IMG/VR virus record: IMGVR_UViG_3300044979_000004
Span: 1 to 64,000 of that record
Source: a virus
DNA length: 64,000 bases
Direction: 5' to 3' (one strand)
Shown here piece by piece: positions 26,327 to 36,454 of this stretch; position 1 is the first letter of the stretch; every line of letters begins with the position of its first letter. The translations under genes and the position numbers were made by a program. The notes below the pieces were generated by a model, which did not search any database, was not told where the DNA came from, and worked only from the letters and a program-made list of their open reading frames with translations.

Positions 26327-28661
26327 CGGCAATAATCAAAATAGGGATTTAACTCCTCTTGATTATAATACAAATGGTGATATCAAAACAGTAGATGCAA
26401 CTACTGCATTAGTAGTAGGATCAGCTACTAGAGCTGAATCATACATCTCATCGAAACAATACTCACTAATGTGGAGAGACTCGGATTTACTCTATCAATC
26501 ACCCCGTCCAATTTCGGTCTTCGAAAACACATATATCCTTTAGAATGAATGACTTGGGGATATTAAAACCTTTTTTAATTGACTTGAACGCTGAAATGCC
26601 AACAAGGCGGAAGCAGGCGAAAGCCGGGCACCGTGAGAGACTAAACAAAGAGGCGCTTTAGAAATAAAGTGATGCGATAGTCCGTTCTCATGGGAACAAC
26701 AACCATGAGAGTTAGACAGAAATGATCTAACTCAATTAGTGATAAAACTAGTTGATAACACATAAAGAGAGCCTAATGTACAAAGATTTACTGTTGCCAA
26801 GGTAGTGAATGCAATCGTCCCACAACTTTACAAGGGATTATTTTACCAAGACCCACCAATGGTACTCCGTCCGCGTCCAGGTACATCACAAAATGTAACC
26901 GATGCAAAGACGGCGATGATTTCTTATCTACTAGATGAATGCAATTTTCGAGAAGAGACTAAAATTGGTTTGGAACAAATGGCATTTCTTGGTACGGGAC
27001 TTTGGAAGTGGGGAATTACCTACAAGAAGGTAATTACCAAAAAGCGCCAAGCTAGCACCACCAGCATTACATCTTCGACAACGACACCCAATGCTGAATC
27101 TGCGAATCTGACTATTCCGACGAATGCGCCGCCCAGTATTACCGTATCGGAAAGGTATGTTCCTCGACCTTACCTAGAAAGTAGAGAAATTAGTAAAGTA
27201 CTAGTTGATCCTCATTGCCCGGTCGGTGACATTCGTAGGGCAGATTGGGCAATTGACGTACGATACATGGACTTCTATCAGCTACAAGAGTTGATTAGGG
27301 GAATAGCAACGCTACCAGAGGACCATCCGGATAAGAAAGGATGGATTCTACCTAGCGAGATAGAGTTGAAGGCATGGTTTATGCCTCCTTCTAACGCGGG
27401 GACTCCTGCTCAGTTAGTGTCAGATCAAGCAGCATTGATTCGGGGAGTAGTAAACCACTCAGAAGAGATCAATGTTCAAACTTCTCCAGATTTGCTGTTT
27501 AAGAAACTAGAAGTTCTAGAGTACTGGGATAAGAAGAGAAAAATTCTAGTTATTGATCGTAAAAAGACAATCTATAAAGGAGATAATACTTTCGGAGTTA
27601 TTCCCTTCCTGTCGGCTAATTGGTGGAATCGCCCACGAGCTTTCTATGGCATGGGACTTGGACTTATTGTTGGACAGAACCAAAGAGTAGATCAAGGCAT
27701 AGTAAACGCGTTGCTAAAGATTCTATCTTTCGGAGTGAACCCCATCTATCTCCGGCGCAGAGATGCCAACACACCAACCCAGATGATTCGGACAGGTCTT
27801 GGAAAGATTCTATCTGTTGATGGTGAAGTTGACAAGGCTTACAAACTTCTGGAAACCCCAAAGGTTCCACCCGATGTTTGGAGCGCACTGGCCGAATCAG
27901 AGAAGGCTACCGAAAGTAGCTCAGGCGCAGATGCTCAACTCGTACAAGGATCATCAGCCGGTCCACGAAGTTCTATGGGTCGAACAGCAGGCGGTGCTGC
28001 GCAATTAGGGCAGGCTTCTGCTACAAGGTTAGACGGGCCGCTTGACAATTTTATTGAACAGGTTTTCAAACCCTGGATGTACATTCTAGATGGTCTTGTA
28101 TTTGAGTATTTCTCAGATCAAGAAATCTTCACCATCCTTGGTGAGGAGATGGGCAAGGACTTCGAAGTCGATCTACAGGCTTACCATGACTCTGTAATTG
28201 AGTATGAAACGCTGGCAGGCGCAAGTCTAGCAGCGAAGAGAACCATGAGCCAATCAATGACCTTGATTACTCAGATTTTCGAAAACCCAAACATTCAAGA
28301 GAACCTAGCTGACATCAACGAAGAGTATGTTGACTTCAAGCGCATCCTCAAGATGTGGATGGAATCAACCGAGTGGAAGGACTTCAACGATATCGTCAAG
28401 CCAATGACGCAACAGATGAAGGACAAGCGACAAGCCAAGTCGCAAGCCGCTCAGCAACAATCAAAACTAGCATCGCAACAGCAAATCAGCCAACAGAACT
28501 TCGGACAGAAGCAGCAGCTACAACAAGAAGCCGCTCAGCAACGAATTCAGAAGGACTTGATTGTTGGGTCGTTCTTGAACTCCTCTAAATCAGAGGCAGA
28601 GACAGGAACACCAAATGCAACCGGCGAGGGTGGAGCAGATCAACAGCCCGCTGAACTATAG
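26307..28661 (+). CDS. Portal protein, two exons 26307-26539 and 26768-28661 (708 aa after splicing)
   Basis: Position between terminase and scaffold; VLVDP, VLEYW, PRAFYGMG motifs; removing the intron restores one frame (...TYIL-EPNVQRF...). Confidence 0.85.
26540..26767 (+). mobile_element. ORF-less group I intron (228 nt) in portal gene
   Basis: P1 ATATCCT/GGGATAT with U:G at the 5' splice site; P7 elements GAGAGACTAA and GCGATAGTCCG; terminal G at 26767; in-frame exon join. Confidence 0.88.
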
Positions 28662-28726
28662 AAAAGTAACCGAACGGTTACAAATTAGAAAGTAACCGTT
28701 CGGTATCATCTCACTTAGGAGGATAA

Positions 28727-29098
28727 GTGGATATCGAAAAAAAGTATGAACCTGAGATGGAACTGAAGCCAAAGGAGATTGCGGATCTAGCAGCCATCGT
28801 CAGGCATCCTGGTTTCGCGGTAATCCAAAAGATTTCACGCTGTATGGTGGATCATTTTGTTCTAGCCTGGATCAATGCCAAGTCGGATACAGAAGTCCTC
28901 ATAGCACACAAGAAAGCACAAGTGGCTGCACAATTTTACGAAGGACAGATCGCACGCATCAGCGAAGAAATTGCTAATTACGGAATGTTGGTAAACACCG
29001 ACAATCAAACACCACTGGATGTAACAGAAGTACTGGAGATGGGAGAGTCTGTAGATTACAGCAACCAACTTGGTATAGCGGAAGAGGAGCCGTTTTAA
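28727..29098 (+). CDS. Small head-module protein
   Basis: AGGAGG RBS; typical small gene between portal and scaffold. Confidence 0.6.
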   Translation: MDIEKKYEPEMELKPKEIADLAAIVRHPGFAVIQKISRCMVDHFVLAWINAKSDTEVLIAHKKAQVAAQFYEGQIARISEEIANYGMLVNTDNQTPLDVTEVLEMGESVDYSNQLGIAEEEPF

Positions 29099-29101
29099 CC
29101 C

Positions 29102-30148
29102 ATGAGTGAAAATGCCATTGAAGAAGTAACAGTTCAGGAAATTATTCCTGTTGAACTACCAGAGCAGAGATACGAATTTCAGCCTGTTGATGATGAGGGA
29201 AGGCCCATCGGCGGACGCCAAGTAATCAAATACAGAACAAATGACGAGCTACGTGATCAACTTGTTAATCAGAACACCCTTCTGATTCGCAAGCTTCGCA
29301 AAGAGACTCGCAACAATCGCCTAGGCATTTCAGCAAAGGATGAGATTCCTGAAGATGCGCCAAAGTATACCGGGCCTATCGAATTCAAGCCGCGTGTAAT
29401 TGGCGACGATGAGCGCTATGACATTTCTAGACGCCTCCTCGATCCTAGCACCGCAATGGACGCAACAGCACAACTTCTAGAAGCTCAGCTTGGTGCTCCC
29501 CTATCCACGTTGGGACAGACTCTATCTGATATCCAGACCGAGAACCTGAAGCTACGCGCTAGAGTAGAAGTCAATGCATTTATGCAAGACAACCCAGACT
29601 ATTATAAGTGTGGAGAGAACTTCGAAGCAATTACATCATGGATGCTACGCTACGATCTAGCTCCAGTGAAGGCTAACTTTCAGAAGGCATACGACACTTT
29701 GAAGAGTGTTGGAGCACTAGTTGAAGGTCCGAGAGTGGAAATTCAAGCACCCGTACAGGCCCCACAGACCGTACAGGCGCTTCAGCCTGTAGTCGAGGAG
29801 ATTGAGAGACAGGAGATTCCGGTAGAGCCTGTTGCAGCTCCGCCAGTGACGCCTGTAGTGCGCGTCCCCTCTGGTCTGACTCGTGACAATAGTTCTGAAA
29901 TTGGACCCGTACAAGCACCTGGAAGTGATATCGTCTACGAGGCGACGTTTGGCGGAGAGATTAAGAAAGTCAACGGAGTCGAGACGGTAGTTGGCGGTCA
30001 AAAGAGAGTATTCACAGGCGCGGCTGCTATTGATGCTATGCCTGGAGAGGAATACAAGAGACGCCTGCTGCATGAGCCGGGATTTGCCAAAAAGGTACAA
30101 GCCCTAGACGAAGCTGCTCTGGCCGCAAGACGCGCCAAGAGGCAGTAA
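29102..30148 (+). CDS. Putative capsid scaffolding protein
   Basis: Acidic/helical, Pro-rich linker, C-terminal IDAMPGEEYKRRL; position before capsid. Confidence 0.65.
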   Translation: MSENAIEEVTVQEIIPVELPEQRYEFQPVDDEGRPIGGRQVIKYRTNDELRDQLVNQNTLLIRKLRKETRNNRLGISAKDEIPEDAPKYTGPIEFKPRVIGDDERYDISRRLLDPSTAMDATAQLLEAQLGAPLSTLGQTLSDIQTENLKLRARVEVNAFMQDNPDYYKCGENFEAITSWMLRYDLAPVKANFQKAYDTLKSVGALVEGPRVEIQAPVQAPQTVQALQPVVEEIERQEIPVEPVAAPPVTPVVRVPSGLTRDNSSEIGPVQAPGSDIVYEATFGGEIKKVNGVETVVGGQKRVFTGAAAIDAMPGEEYKRRLLHEPGFAKKVQALDEAALAARRAKRQ

Positions 30149-30576
30149 TGGTTATCTTGCGCAAAGCTGTAGATGATGATATTCAGGGCATTTGGGATTT
30201 GAATGCTCTGATCAGGCCGAGAGAGCCTATAACCACTTTGAAAGCGGTGTTTTCACAGCCTGAAACTGTTGCGTGGGTTATGATCGACAATTTTAGAGTT
30301 GTTGGGGCTTTAGTGGGAAAAACAAAATTTTCCCTACCGTACATTCATTCCATCGCCGTTGAGCCTTCATATAGGAGACAAAGATGGGCGTCCAAGTTAG
30401 TAAATGAGTTTGAACTACACTTTAGCCGAAAAGGTAAAGGAAATTATTGGCTTCAAGTAAGACACGACAATCCGGCACAAAAGCTGTACTTCGATTTAGG
30501 GTACAGAGTCGAGAGTGTTGATGAGAATTTTTATGGTCCGGAGTTGCATGGTTTATGCATGTACAAAAGGCCATAG
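30148..30576 (+). CDS. GNAT (RimI-like) acetyltransferase
   Basis: IHSIAVEPSYRRQRWASKL, LQVRHDNPAQKLYFDLGY. Confidence 0.85.
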   Translation: MVILRKAVDDDIQGIWDLNALIRPREPITTLKAVFSQPETVAWVMIDNFRVVGALVGKTKFSLPYIHSIAVEPSYRRQRWASKLVNEFELHFSRKGKGNYWLQVRHDNPAQKLYFDLGYRVESVDENFYGPELHGLCMYKRP

Positions 30577-30814
30577 CGTATTAAATACGCGCCTTTAGTT
30601 TGGCCGCGTATTGTTTACGCATGTACTATTTGGCATTCGCAGTCGGATTACTGTAGAGCCACCAACTAGCGTGAGGCAACTTCGGTTGAAGTCTTAACTG
30701 AAGTCAGAGAAACCACAGTCGGATTACTGTGTGAGTAGCTGACGCATAAGGACAGGAATTTCTAGGCATTGGAGGATGCAATAGAAGCTTCCCTAATCAA
30801 TAAGGATAACTACT

Positions 30815-31849
30815 ATGGCTGGCTACAGTCCGTCTAGCAATCAACAGTCTAATTTGCCTCAGTCAACGGTTCGTTACTACGACAAAAAGTTTCGTGAGAA
30901 CCTTAAGGCACAGACCCCATTCGTGGCATGTTCAGAGCGTCTTGACCTGCCTATGAAGTCAGGTAACCAGTACGAGATGTTCATGTACGTTCCTCTTGCG
31001 GCTAACACCGTACAGACTTTGGAAGGTACAGTAGGTTCGGGTATTTCAGTACAGGTTCTAACCACAACTGCAACCATCGGTGAATACGCTGATTACGCAA
31101 ACTTCTCAAGTCTGTCACTTGCTACCGCAATTGACAACACTGTCGAGAACGTTGCGCGTGAGCTTGCTTACCGCCTTGGTGAGTCTCTAAGCGCCCTTGT
31201 CCGTGCAACCGCTGACGGTGCAAACGCTGTTGACTCAAGCGTGCTGACACAGCTTGGCGCTTCAAGCTTGACTTCATTCACAACTTTGAGTCTTAACCAG
31301 ATTCGTAACTCTGTCCAGAGTCTTGCTGGCCGTTCGGTTCGTCCGTTCGACGAAGCTTCAAAGACATTCTGCGGAGTTATTCACCCATTTGCGCTAGGCG
31401 ACGTTCTTGCAGATCAGAGCAACGACTCACCTATCGACATTCTGAAGCACACCCCAGTGGGTCTTGCTCGTATGGAAGACTTGCTATCAACCGATCTAGC
31501 AGAAATGATCGAGCTTCCAAGCTCCGGTGTACGTTTCTTCCAGACAAACCAGGTTACTCAGACTACCAACTACAAGGGCGTAACGGGTCTAACGGCTCTA
31601 CGTACCTACATCTTTGGTCGTGACGGCATCTTCAGCATTAAGCTTGGTGCGCAGGGTGACACTGGCTTCGGTGACGGAGAGTGGCAGAACATCAAGTGCA
31701 ACATTGTTCAGAATGCTGAGCCAACTGTTGCTGATCCTGAAGGTCTAATCCCCGGATGGACTAGCTACAAGGTTCACTTCACAACTTCGCTTGGACCTGA
31801 TACTACCATCCGTATCCGCGAAATCGACGCTGCATCTGCGATTAGCTAA
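30815..31849 (+). CDS. Major capsid protein (N4-gp56-like)
   Basis: LPMKSG, GEYADY, IHPFALGD, YIFGRD, DPEG..GWTSYK; strong codon bias; followed by terminator. Confidence 0.85.
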   Translation: MAGYSPSSNQQSNLPQSTVRYYDKKFRENLKAQTPFVACSERLDLPMKSGNQYEMFMYVPLAANTVQTLEGTVGSGISVQVLTTTATIGEYADYANFSSLSLATAIDNTVENVARELAYRLGESLSALVRATADGANAVDSSVLTQLGASSLTSFTTLSLNQIRNSVQSLAGRSVRPFDEASKTFCGVIHPFALGDVLADQSNDSPIDILKHTPVGLARMEDLLSTDLAEMIELPSSGVRFFQTNQVTQTTNYKGVTGLTALRTYIFGRDGIFSIKLGAQGDTGFGDGEWQNIKCNIVQNAEPTVADPEGLIPGWTSYKVHFTTSLGPDTTIRIREIDAASAIS

Positions 31850-31861
31850 GATGCGCTAGCA

Positions 31862-31889
31862 TAGGGGAGCCTAAAAACTCCCCTAATTT
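31862..31889 (+). terminator. Hairpin terminator after capsid gene
   Basis: TAGGGGAG-loop-CTCCCCTA, weak T tract. Confidence 0.65.
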
Positions 31890-31911
31890 AGCTAATTAAG
31901 GAGAAAACAGA

Positions 31912-32397
31912 ATGTCTCAATTTAATTACGTTGGATCAGGTAACCCCACCAATGTGCCAGCACCGGGTTCAGAAGTCGCTAACTATTTGGACACTCTGAA
32001 TGATGCGTTGTGGTTCAGCACTGGAAGCGGTTGGGTTCCAAATTCACTGGCAGCGACGAAAAGTGCGCTACTATCTCAGACGGCTGCAACACAGGCCAAT
32101 GTTCTAACCTTCTCGGCCCCTAAGACGGGTATGTACCGCATCGACACTTATGCGGTGCAGATCGGAGCAACAGGCGGAACCCTTCCGTCAACCGCAGTAG
32201 CATACACTGAGGGTGATTCGGGTGCAACCGAGACTGGGCTTGCTGTTCAGACAACTGGGACCGGAACCAACAACGGCGACAACAAGAGTGGTTCAGTTAT
32301 CATCAACGCTAAAGGAGGAACCAACATCGTTGTCTCATCGGCCTCTGCCGCTACACTTACCTACACACTTAAAGCGCGTGTAGAATTCTTGGGATAA
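31912..32397 (+). CDS. Putative capsid decoration protein
   Basis: Beta-rich, follows capsid gene, AAGGAG RBS. Confidence 0.6.
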   Translation: MSQFNYVGSGNPTNVPAPGSEVANYLDTLNDALWFSTGSGWVPNSLAATKSALLSQTAATQANVLTFSAPKTGMYRIDTYAVQIGATGGTLPSTAVAYTEGDSGATETGLAVQTTGTGTNNGDNKSGSVIINAKGGTNIVVSSASAATLTYTLKARVEFLG

Positions 32398-32424
32398 TAC
32401 CCAAACTAATAGGAGAAATCAAAC

Positions 32425-33579
32425 ATGGCTTATCAAGCTACTACGGGTTTGGGAGTTGCCGCTAAGATCGTATCTCCGGGTAATGTGTCTGCAAAGACCG
32501 TTAACGGATATAACGAGATTGTGCTTTCACTTAGCGGAGCAAACGGACCTACAACATTTCAGCTAATCCCGCAACTTCAGGATGTCGCTGGAAATGAAAT
32601 CATTGCTGGTACTGCGTTTACCTTGTCGGCAGTTGCGGCCTCGTCTCCTGGTGCCCTCACCCTTACAGGTGTAGCTGCATCAGCCAATGGGACGGCGGTA
32701 TATAGCGGAACCATCACAGGCGGTGGATCGAATGCATACGTGGGGTACTCATTCACGATTGCTGGATTTACTAATTCTGTGAACAACGGCGTATTCATTT
32801 GCACAGCAAGCACTGGAAGCGCACTGACACTTGAGAACCTTGTAGCTGTTGCGGAAACGCACGCTGCTACAGCGACCCCCCTAGAGGGCACTGCTGTATA
32901 TACAGGCACAATCACTGGCGCTGGTACCGCTCTAACCCTAACGGGAGTGGCAGCATCATCTGGTGGGAATGCAGTTTACAGCGGAACCATCACAGGTGGT
33001 GCAAGCAACGGTCTAGTAAATCAGATTTTTGCTGTCACTGGCTTTACGAATTCTGCTAACAACGGAACATTCGTTGCGGTTGCAAGTTCTGCAAGCACAC
33101 TGACACTTAACAACGTGGCTGCGGTTGCTGAGACTCACGCAGGCACGGCCACTACAACATACGCTGGTCTAACTTTCACGGTTACCGGGTTTGCTGCTGC
33201 CAATAACAATGGAACATTCATTGCTACTGCGTCAACATCAACTACCCTGACTCTTGAGAATCCAGCAGCTACCGCTGTGACAGCAGCCGGTACTGCTACG
33301 ACTCAGGAAATCGAGGGTGGTAACGATTTGACCTACGTTGAGTATGGGTTCAAGACACTGACTGGGAACACCTATCAGCCTTCTGGAACACCTACACAGA
33401 TCGTCACAGTGTCCCCAACGGGTCTTGTGACTGCCGTGGCAAAGGGTGAAGGTCAAGTTGAGACTTCGTATCCTACATTCGATAACTCGATTGGGGACGT
33501 GGTTTCACCGGGCAACATCATGAATGGGCTGCCAATCAACAAGATTTACGCAGAAAATCGCGTTGTCGTGCTGATCTAA
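32425..33579 (+). CDS. Virion protein with three nested beta-domain repeats and Ig-like C-terminus
   Basis: Repeats of LTLTGVAAS..AVYSGTITG..GFTN..NNG.F..LTL.N; C-terminal IVTVSPTGLVTAVAKG. Confidence 0.7.
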   Translation: MAYQATTGLGVAAKIVSPGNVSAKTVNGYNEIVLSLSGANGPTTFQLIPQLQDVAGNEIIAGTAFTLSAVAASSPGALTLTGVAASANGTAVYSGTITGGGSNAYVGYSFTIAGFTNSVNNGVFICTASTGSALTLENLVAVAETHAATATPLEGTAVYTGTITGAGTALTLTGVAASSGGNAVYSGTITGGASNGLVNQIFAVTGFTNSANNGTFVAVASSASTLTLNNVAAVAETHAGTATTTYAGLTFTVTGFAAANNNGTFIATASTSTTLTLENPAATAVTAAGTATTQEIEGGNDLTYVEYGFKTLTGNTYQPSGTPTQIVTVSPTGLVTAVAKGEGQVETSYPTFDNSIGDVVSPGNIMNGLPINKIYAENRVVVLI

Positions 33580-33593
33580 CACAAGGAGAACCA

Positions 33594-33887
33594 ATGGAAC
33601 ACGAGGAAGAGGAGCTTCTGGTTTCAGTTCTACGTAGGAACAATCGAGTACGGCGCGGAGTTGAACGTAAACTGCGCCGTATTCTAGAAGATCAACGCAA
33701 TCGTCTGGACTTGATGTTTACAGCCCTCTGCGATGCGGATACAACAGCACAGGATGCGATTCAAGAAATCTGGGAGCGCGGTGGTTTAAATTGCAGCCCA
33801 GATGATGTTCAATCGATCATCGACTTGACAGTAGAGGCCCTACACGCTCTTAAGTCAAACACCCGCAATGCAGAATCGCAATCTTAA
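33594..33887 (+). CDS. Hypothetical protein
   Basis: AAGGAG RBS. Confidence 0.6.
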   Translation: MEHEEEELLVSVLRRNNRVRRGVERKLRRILEDQRNRLDLMFTALCDADTTAQDAIQEIWERGGLNCSPDDVQSIIDLTVEALHALKSNTRNAESQS

Positions 33888-34058
33888 AAGTTTCTCTTCA
33901 TATGGATTCCGTGAATGGTGGATTACTGGAAACGGAAGAAATATGGAGTACTTGTAATCAGTTAGGCAGGCCAGCCGCTTGATTACACCCCTACCGATTG
34001 AGAGTCATGGACTTCGGCGGGATGGGGACACGTTATTAGCATTCGTTAGAGGAGAACG

Positions 34059-34715
34059 ATGCCTACAGCACAGGAAATACAAGCAACTCAGGGAACACGC
34101 CTAAGTGAGACTAACCCATGGGACAGCTACGGCGACGAACTCGGAGTGAAGATGACGCCGGAACTCGCATCAGCAGTCGATGCCTACTCGCAGAAACGTT
34201 GGCAGAAAGACAAGGTTGGCTCTGAAACTCAGGAAGTCCTTGCCGAACAGAGAGAAATGAATGATGAGTTGGCTCAGCAATATCAATGGTTGACCAAAGA
34301 GGAATACGCTAACCAAGAAGCCAGAGTGGGGACCGTACTAGACTACGCATCTTTCATACAGAAACTACGCAGTATAGGGCTAGTGTGCCATTACCGTCAG
34401 CATCCGCACCATGACAAGGCGATTTTGTACATCTCTAGAAATGGACTGTCCGAGCCTGAACTTGCCTGTTGGGCGCAGATAAATGGACCTATGCCTGAGC
34501 TTTCTATGTTTAATTTTGATGACCACGGCGTTCCTTTGGCCGAGAAAAGACGCGGCTGGAGAACATGCTTACTTCAAATAATCCTAAAAGGGTTCATAAC
34601 TGAGGAAGTAGCAAACAAGTTGTTTGGGAAGCCTCGACTGACCAAAGAATTTGACAGATATAACTCAACGTTGTACGGGTTTAGAAATCGCGGAAAGGGA
34701 TGGGATGCCGAGTAA
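34059..34715 (+). CDS. Hypothetical protein
   Basis: GAGGAG RBS; RGWRTCLLQII motif. Confidence 0.65.
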   Translation: MPTAQEIQATQGTRLSETNPWDSYGDELGVKMTPELASAVDAYSQKRWQKDKVGSETQEVLAEQREMNDELAQQYQWLTKEEYANQEARVGTVLDYASFIQKLRSIGLVCHYRQHPHHDKAILYISRNGLSEPELACWAQINGPMPELSMFNFDDHGVPLAEKRRGWRTCLLQIILKGFITEEVANKLFGKPRLTKEFDRYNSTLYGFRNRGKGWDAE

Positions 34716-35034
34716 AGACCCGGATTACTTCAAAAGATACTACCGACTTAACAAAGACAAGAGACAGGCTAATGATCGCTTCAGACGTTATGGAATCACT
34801 CAGGAACAATATGATGAACTGCTAAAAAATCAGGATTACAAATGTAGAATTTGCAAAATCGATAAAGCAGACAATAGAGGCGGTAGCTGGCACACAGACC
34901 ATGACCATAAAACAGGAATTGTTCGATCACTTTTGTGTTCTTGCTGTAACAGTATGTTGGGCCACGCAAAAGATGATCCAGAGATTCTGAAACAAGCAGC
35001 AACATACCTTGAATTGCAGTATGTTGCTTATTAA
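34705..35034 (+). CDS. Endonuclease VII-like homing endonuclease
   Basis: RYGITQEQY..QDYKCRIC..DHDHKTGIVRSLLCSCCN. Confidence 0.88.
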   Translation: MPSKDPDYFKRYYRLNKDKRQANDRFRRYGITQEQYDELLKNQDYKCRICKIDKADNRGGSWHTDHDHKTGIVRSLLCSCCNSMLGHAKDDPEILKQAATYLELQYVAY

Positions 35035-35057
35035 GGCTAGAGGAGAGCCTAAGACTA

Positions 35058-35687
35058 ATGGGTAATTTGAATGACATCGTAGGCAAGACAGATGCGCCTA
35101 CTCAGACTGCTGAAACACCATCAACCAAGACCAAGATTTCGAAGGAAGTTGAAGCACTAGAACTTGAGAACCTTAGACTGGATGCAGAGACTAAGAAATT
35201 AGCTCTTGAAGCAGCACAGCTTGAAATTCGTGCTAAGAAGGCGCAGATTCAGGATTTGGAAGAAAGCCTAGCAGAGCGTGAACTGAAACGTGAGAATAAG
35301 CGCCAGCGCAGCCTTACAAACGGGGAAACCCTTAAGAGCCTTGACCGTGATGACAAAGCAGCGCAGAAGCGTTGTAACCACAAGAAAGGCGGAAACGGTA
35401 TTGTCGGAGTTAAGGGCGGACGAGGCGATGCTCCACAGCACGCCATCCTTCTACACACCTTTGCAAACGGTGATACGTGGGTTCGTTGCCTACGCTGCGG
35501 TAAGACGTGGAAGCCACCTGTAGAACGCGCTTACAAGTCACGCGAAGACTATCTTACTGCCTACGCAGAGTATCAGGCAGCATTGAATTTCCAGACCAAC
35601 AACTCACCATCCAGTTCGTACATGTTCAAGTATTCTGACAACGGAGAGTACTACCGTCAGGTCACAGAACACACCACGCTCCGCTGA
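35058..35687 (+). CDS. Coiled-coil protein with Zn-finger-like C-terminus
   Basis: Heptad region, CNHKKGG and CLRCGKTW. Confidence 0.65.
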   Translation: MGNLNDIVGKTDAPTQTAETPSTKTKISKEVEALELENLRLDAETKKLALEAAQLEIRAKKAQIQDLEESLAERELKRENKRQRSLTNGETLKSLDRDDKAAQKRCNHKKGGNGIVGVKGGRGDAPQHAILLHTFANGDTWVRCLRCGKTWKPPVERAYKSREDYLTAYAEYQAALNFQTNNSPSSSYMFKYSDNGEYYRQVTEHTTLR

Positions 35688-36194
35688 GTGCCTATGAAGA
35701 TATGCTCTGAATGTAGTGAAAAACAACTAGCCAAAGGCTTGTGTAGAAGGCACTATTACGCTGCAAAGCGTGCTAGTGCCAGCCCACACGACATCGAGGT
35801 TTACAAAAACAAACCACTCGCTAGGGCTGCTCAAAAGTGGGCCAATCAGACGGACGAGGAACGAATCGCGTACTCTGCAAAGTATAAAGAGGGTATCCGT
35901 AAGCGCAGGGAAAAATTATTTGATTACGTTCCTAACAAGTGTGCTTTATCAAAGTTGTCCAAGTGTACAATAAGCAACAAAGCTCTACATCGTGACCATG
36001 ATCATACATGCCCATGCGGAAGACCTAGAGGCTGTAATGATTGTTTCCGTGGCTTACTGTGCAATTATCACAACGCAGTAGTTCTGCCGGTCTTGGAGTC
36101 TTTAGAACTTGAATATATTCCTGAACTGGTCAAAGCATATTTAAAAGGCAGGCCACTTAAACAAGCTGACTTTTCTTTGCCAACAGTGGGATAA
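35688..36194 (+). CDS. Endonuclease VII-like protein
   Basis: AKGLCRRHY N-terminus; DHDHTCPC..CNDCFRGLLCNYHN. Confidence 0.75.
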   Translation: MPMKICSECSEKQLAKGLCRRHYYAAKRASASPHDIEVYKNKPLARAAQKWANQTDEERIAYSAKYKEGIRKRREKLFDYVPNKCALSKLSKCTISNKALHRDHDHTCPCGRPRGCNDCFRGLLCNYHNAVVLPVLESLELEYIPELVKAYLKGRPLKQADFSLPTVG

Positions 36195-36204
36195 GAGGAA
36201 TTTT

Positions 36205-36441
36205 ATGGCACCAGGAGCAAGCGTAACTATCCCATTTACTACCAGTGCGCCAGGGCCTTTCACCTTGGCGCACAATTTGGGCTATATACCTTCAACGGTA
36301 ATTTTTGAGATGACCAACTCCAATGCCGGAACCGTTTGGTTTCAAAGTCAGAGATATGATTCAGAGAATCTTTATCTAGAAGCGTCTGATGCTGGTGTTA
36401 GTGGATACGCCATTGTTTACGGCAGTTGCAGCGGTTGTTAG
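36205..36441 (+). CDS. Small virion protein, stand-alone copy of the next gene's N-terminal domain
   Basis: FTTSAPG.FTL.HNLG.IP..VIFE..VWFQ..RYD.ENLYL.ASDAGV shared with 36455 ORF. Confidence 0.7.
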   Translation: MAPGASVTIPFTTSAPGPFTLAHNLGYIPSTVIFEMTNSNAGTVWFQSQRYDSENLYLEASDAGVSGYAIVYGSCSGC

Positions 36442-36454
36442 GAGAGCATAGATA

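Noticed and set aside
26307-28661. Portal as two separate genes or a frameshifted pseudogene
   Set aside because: Group I intron motifs and an exact in-frame splice join explain the break.
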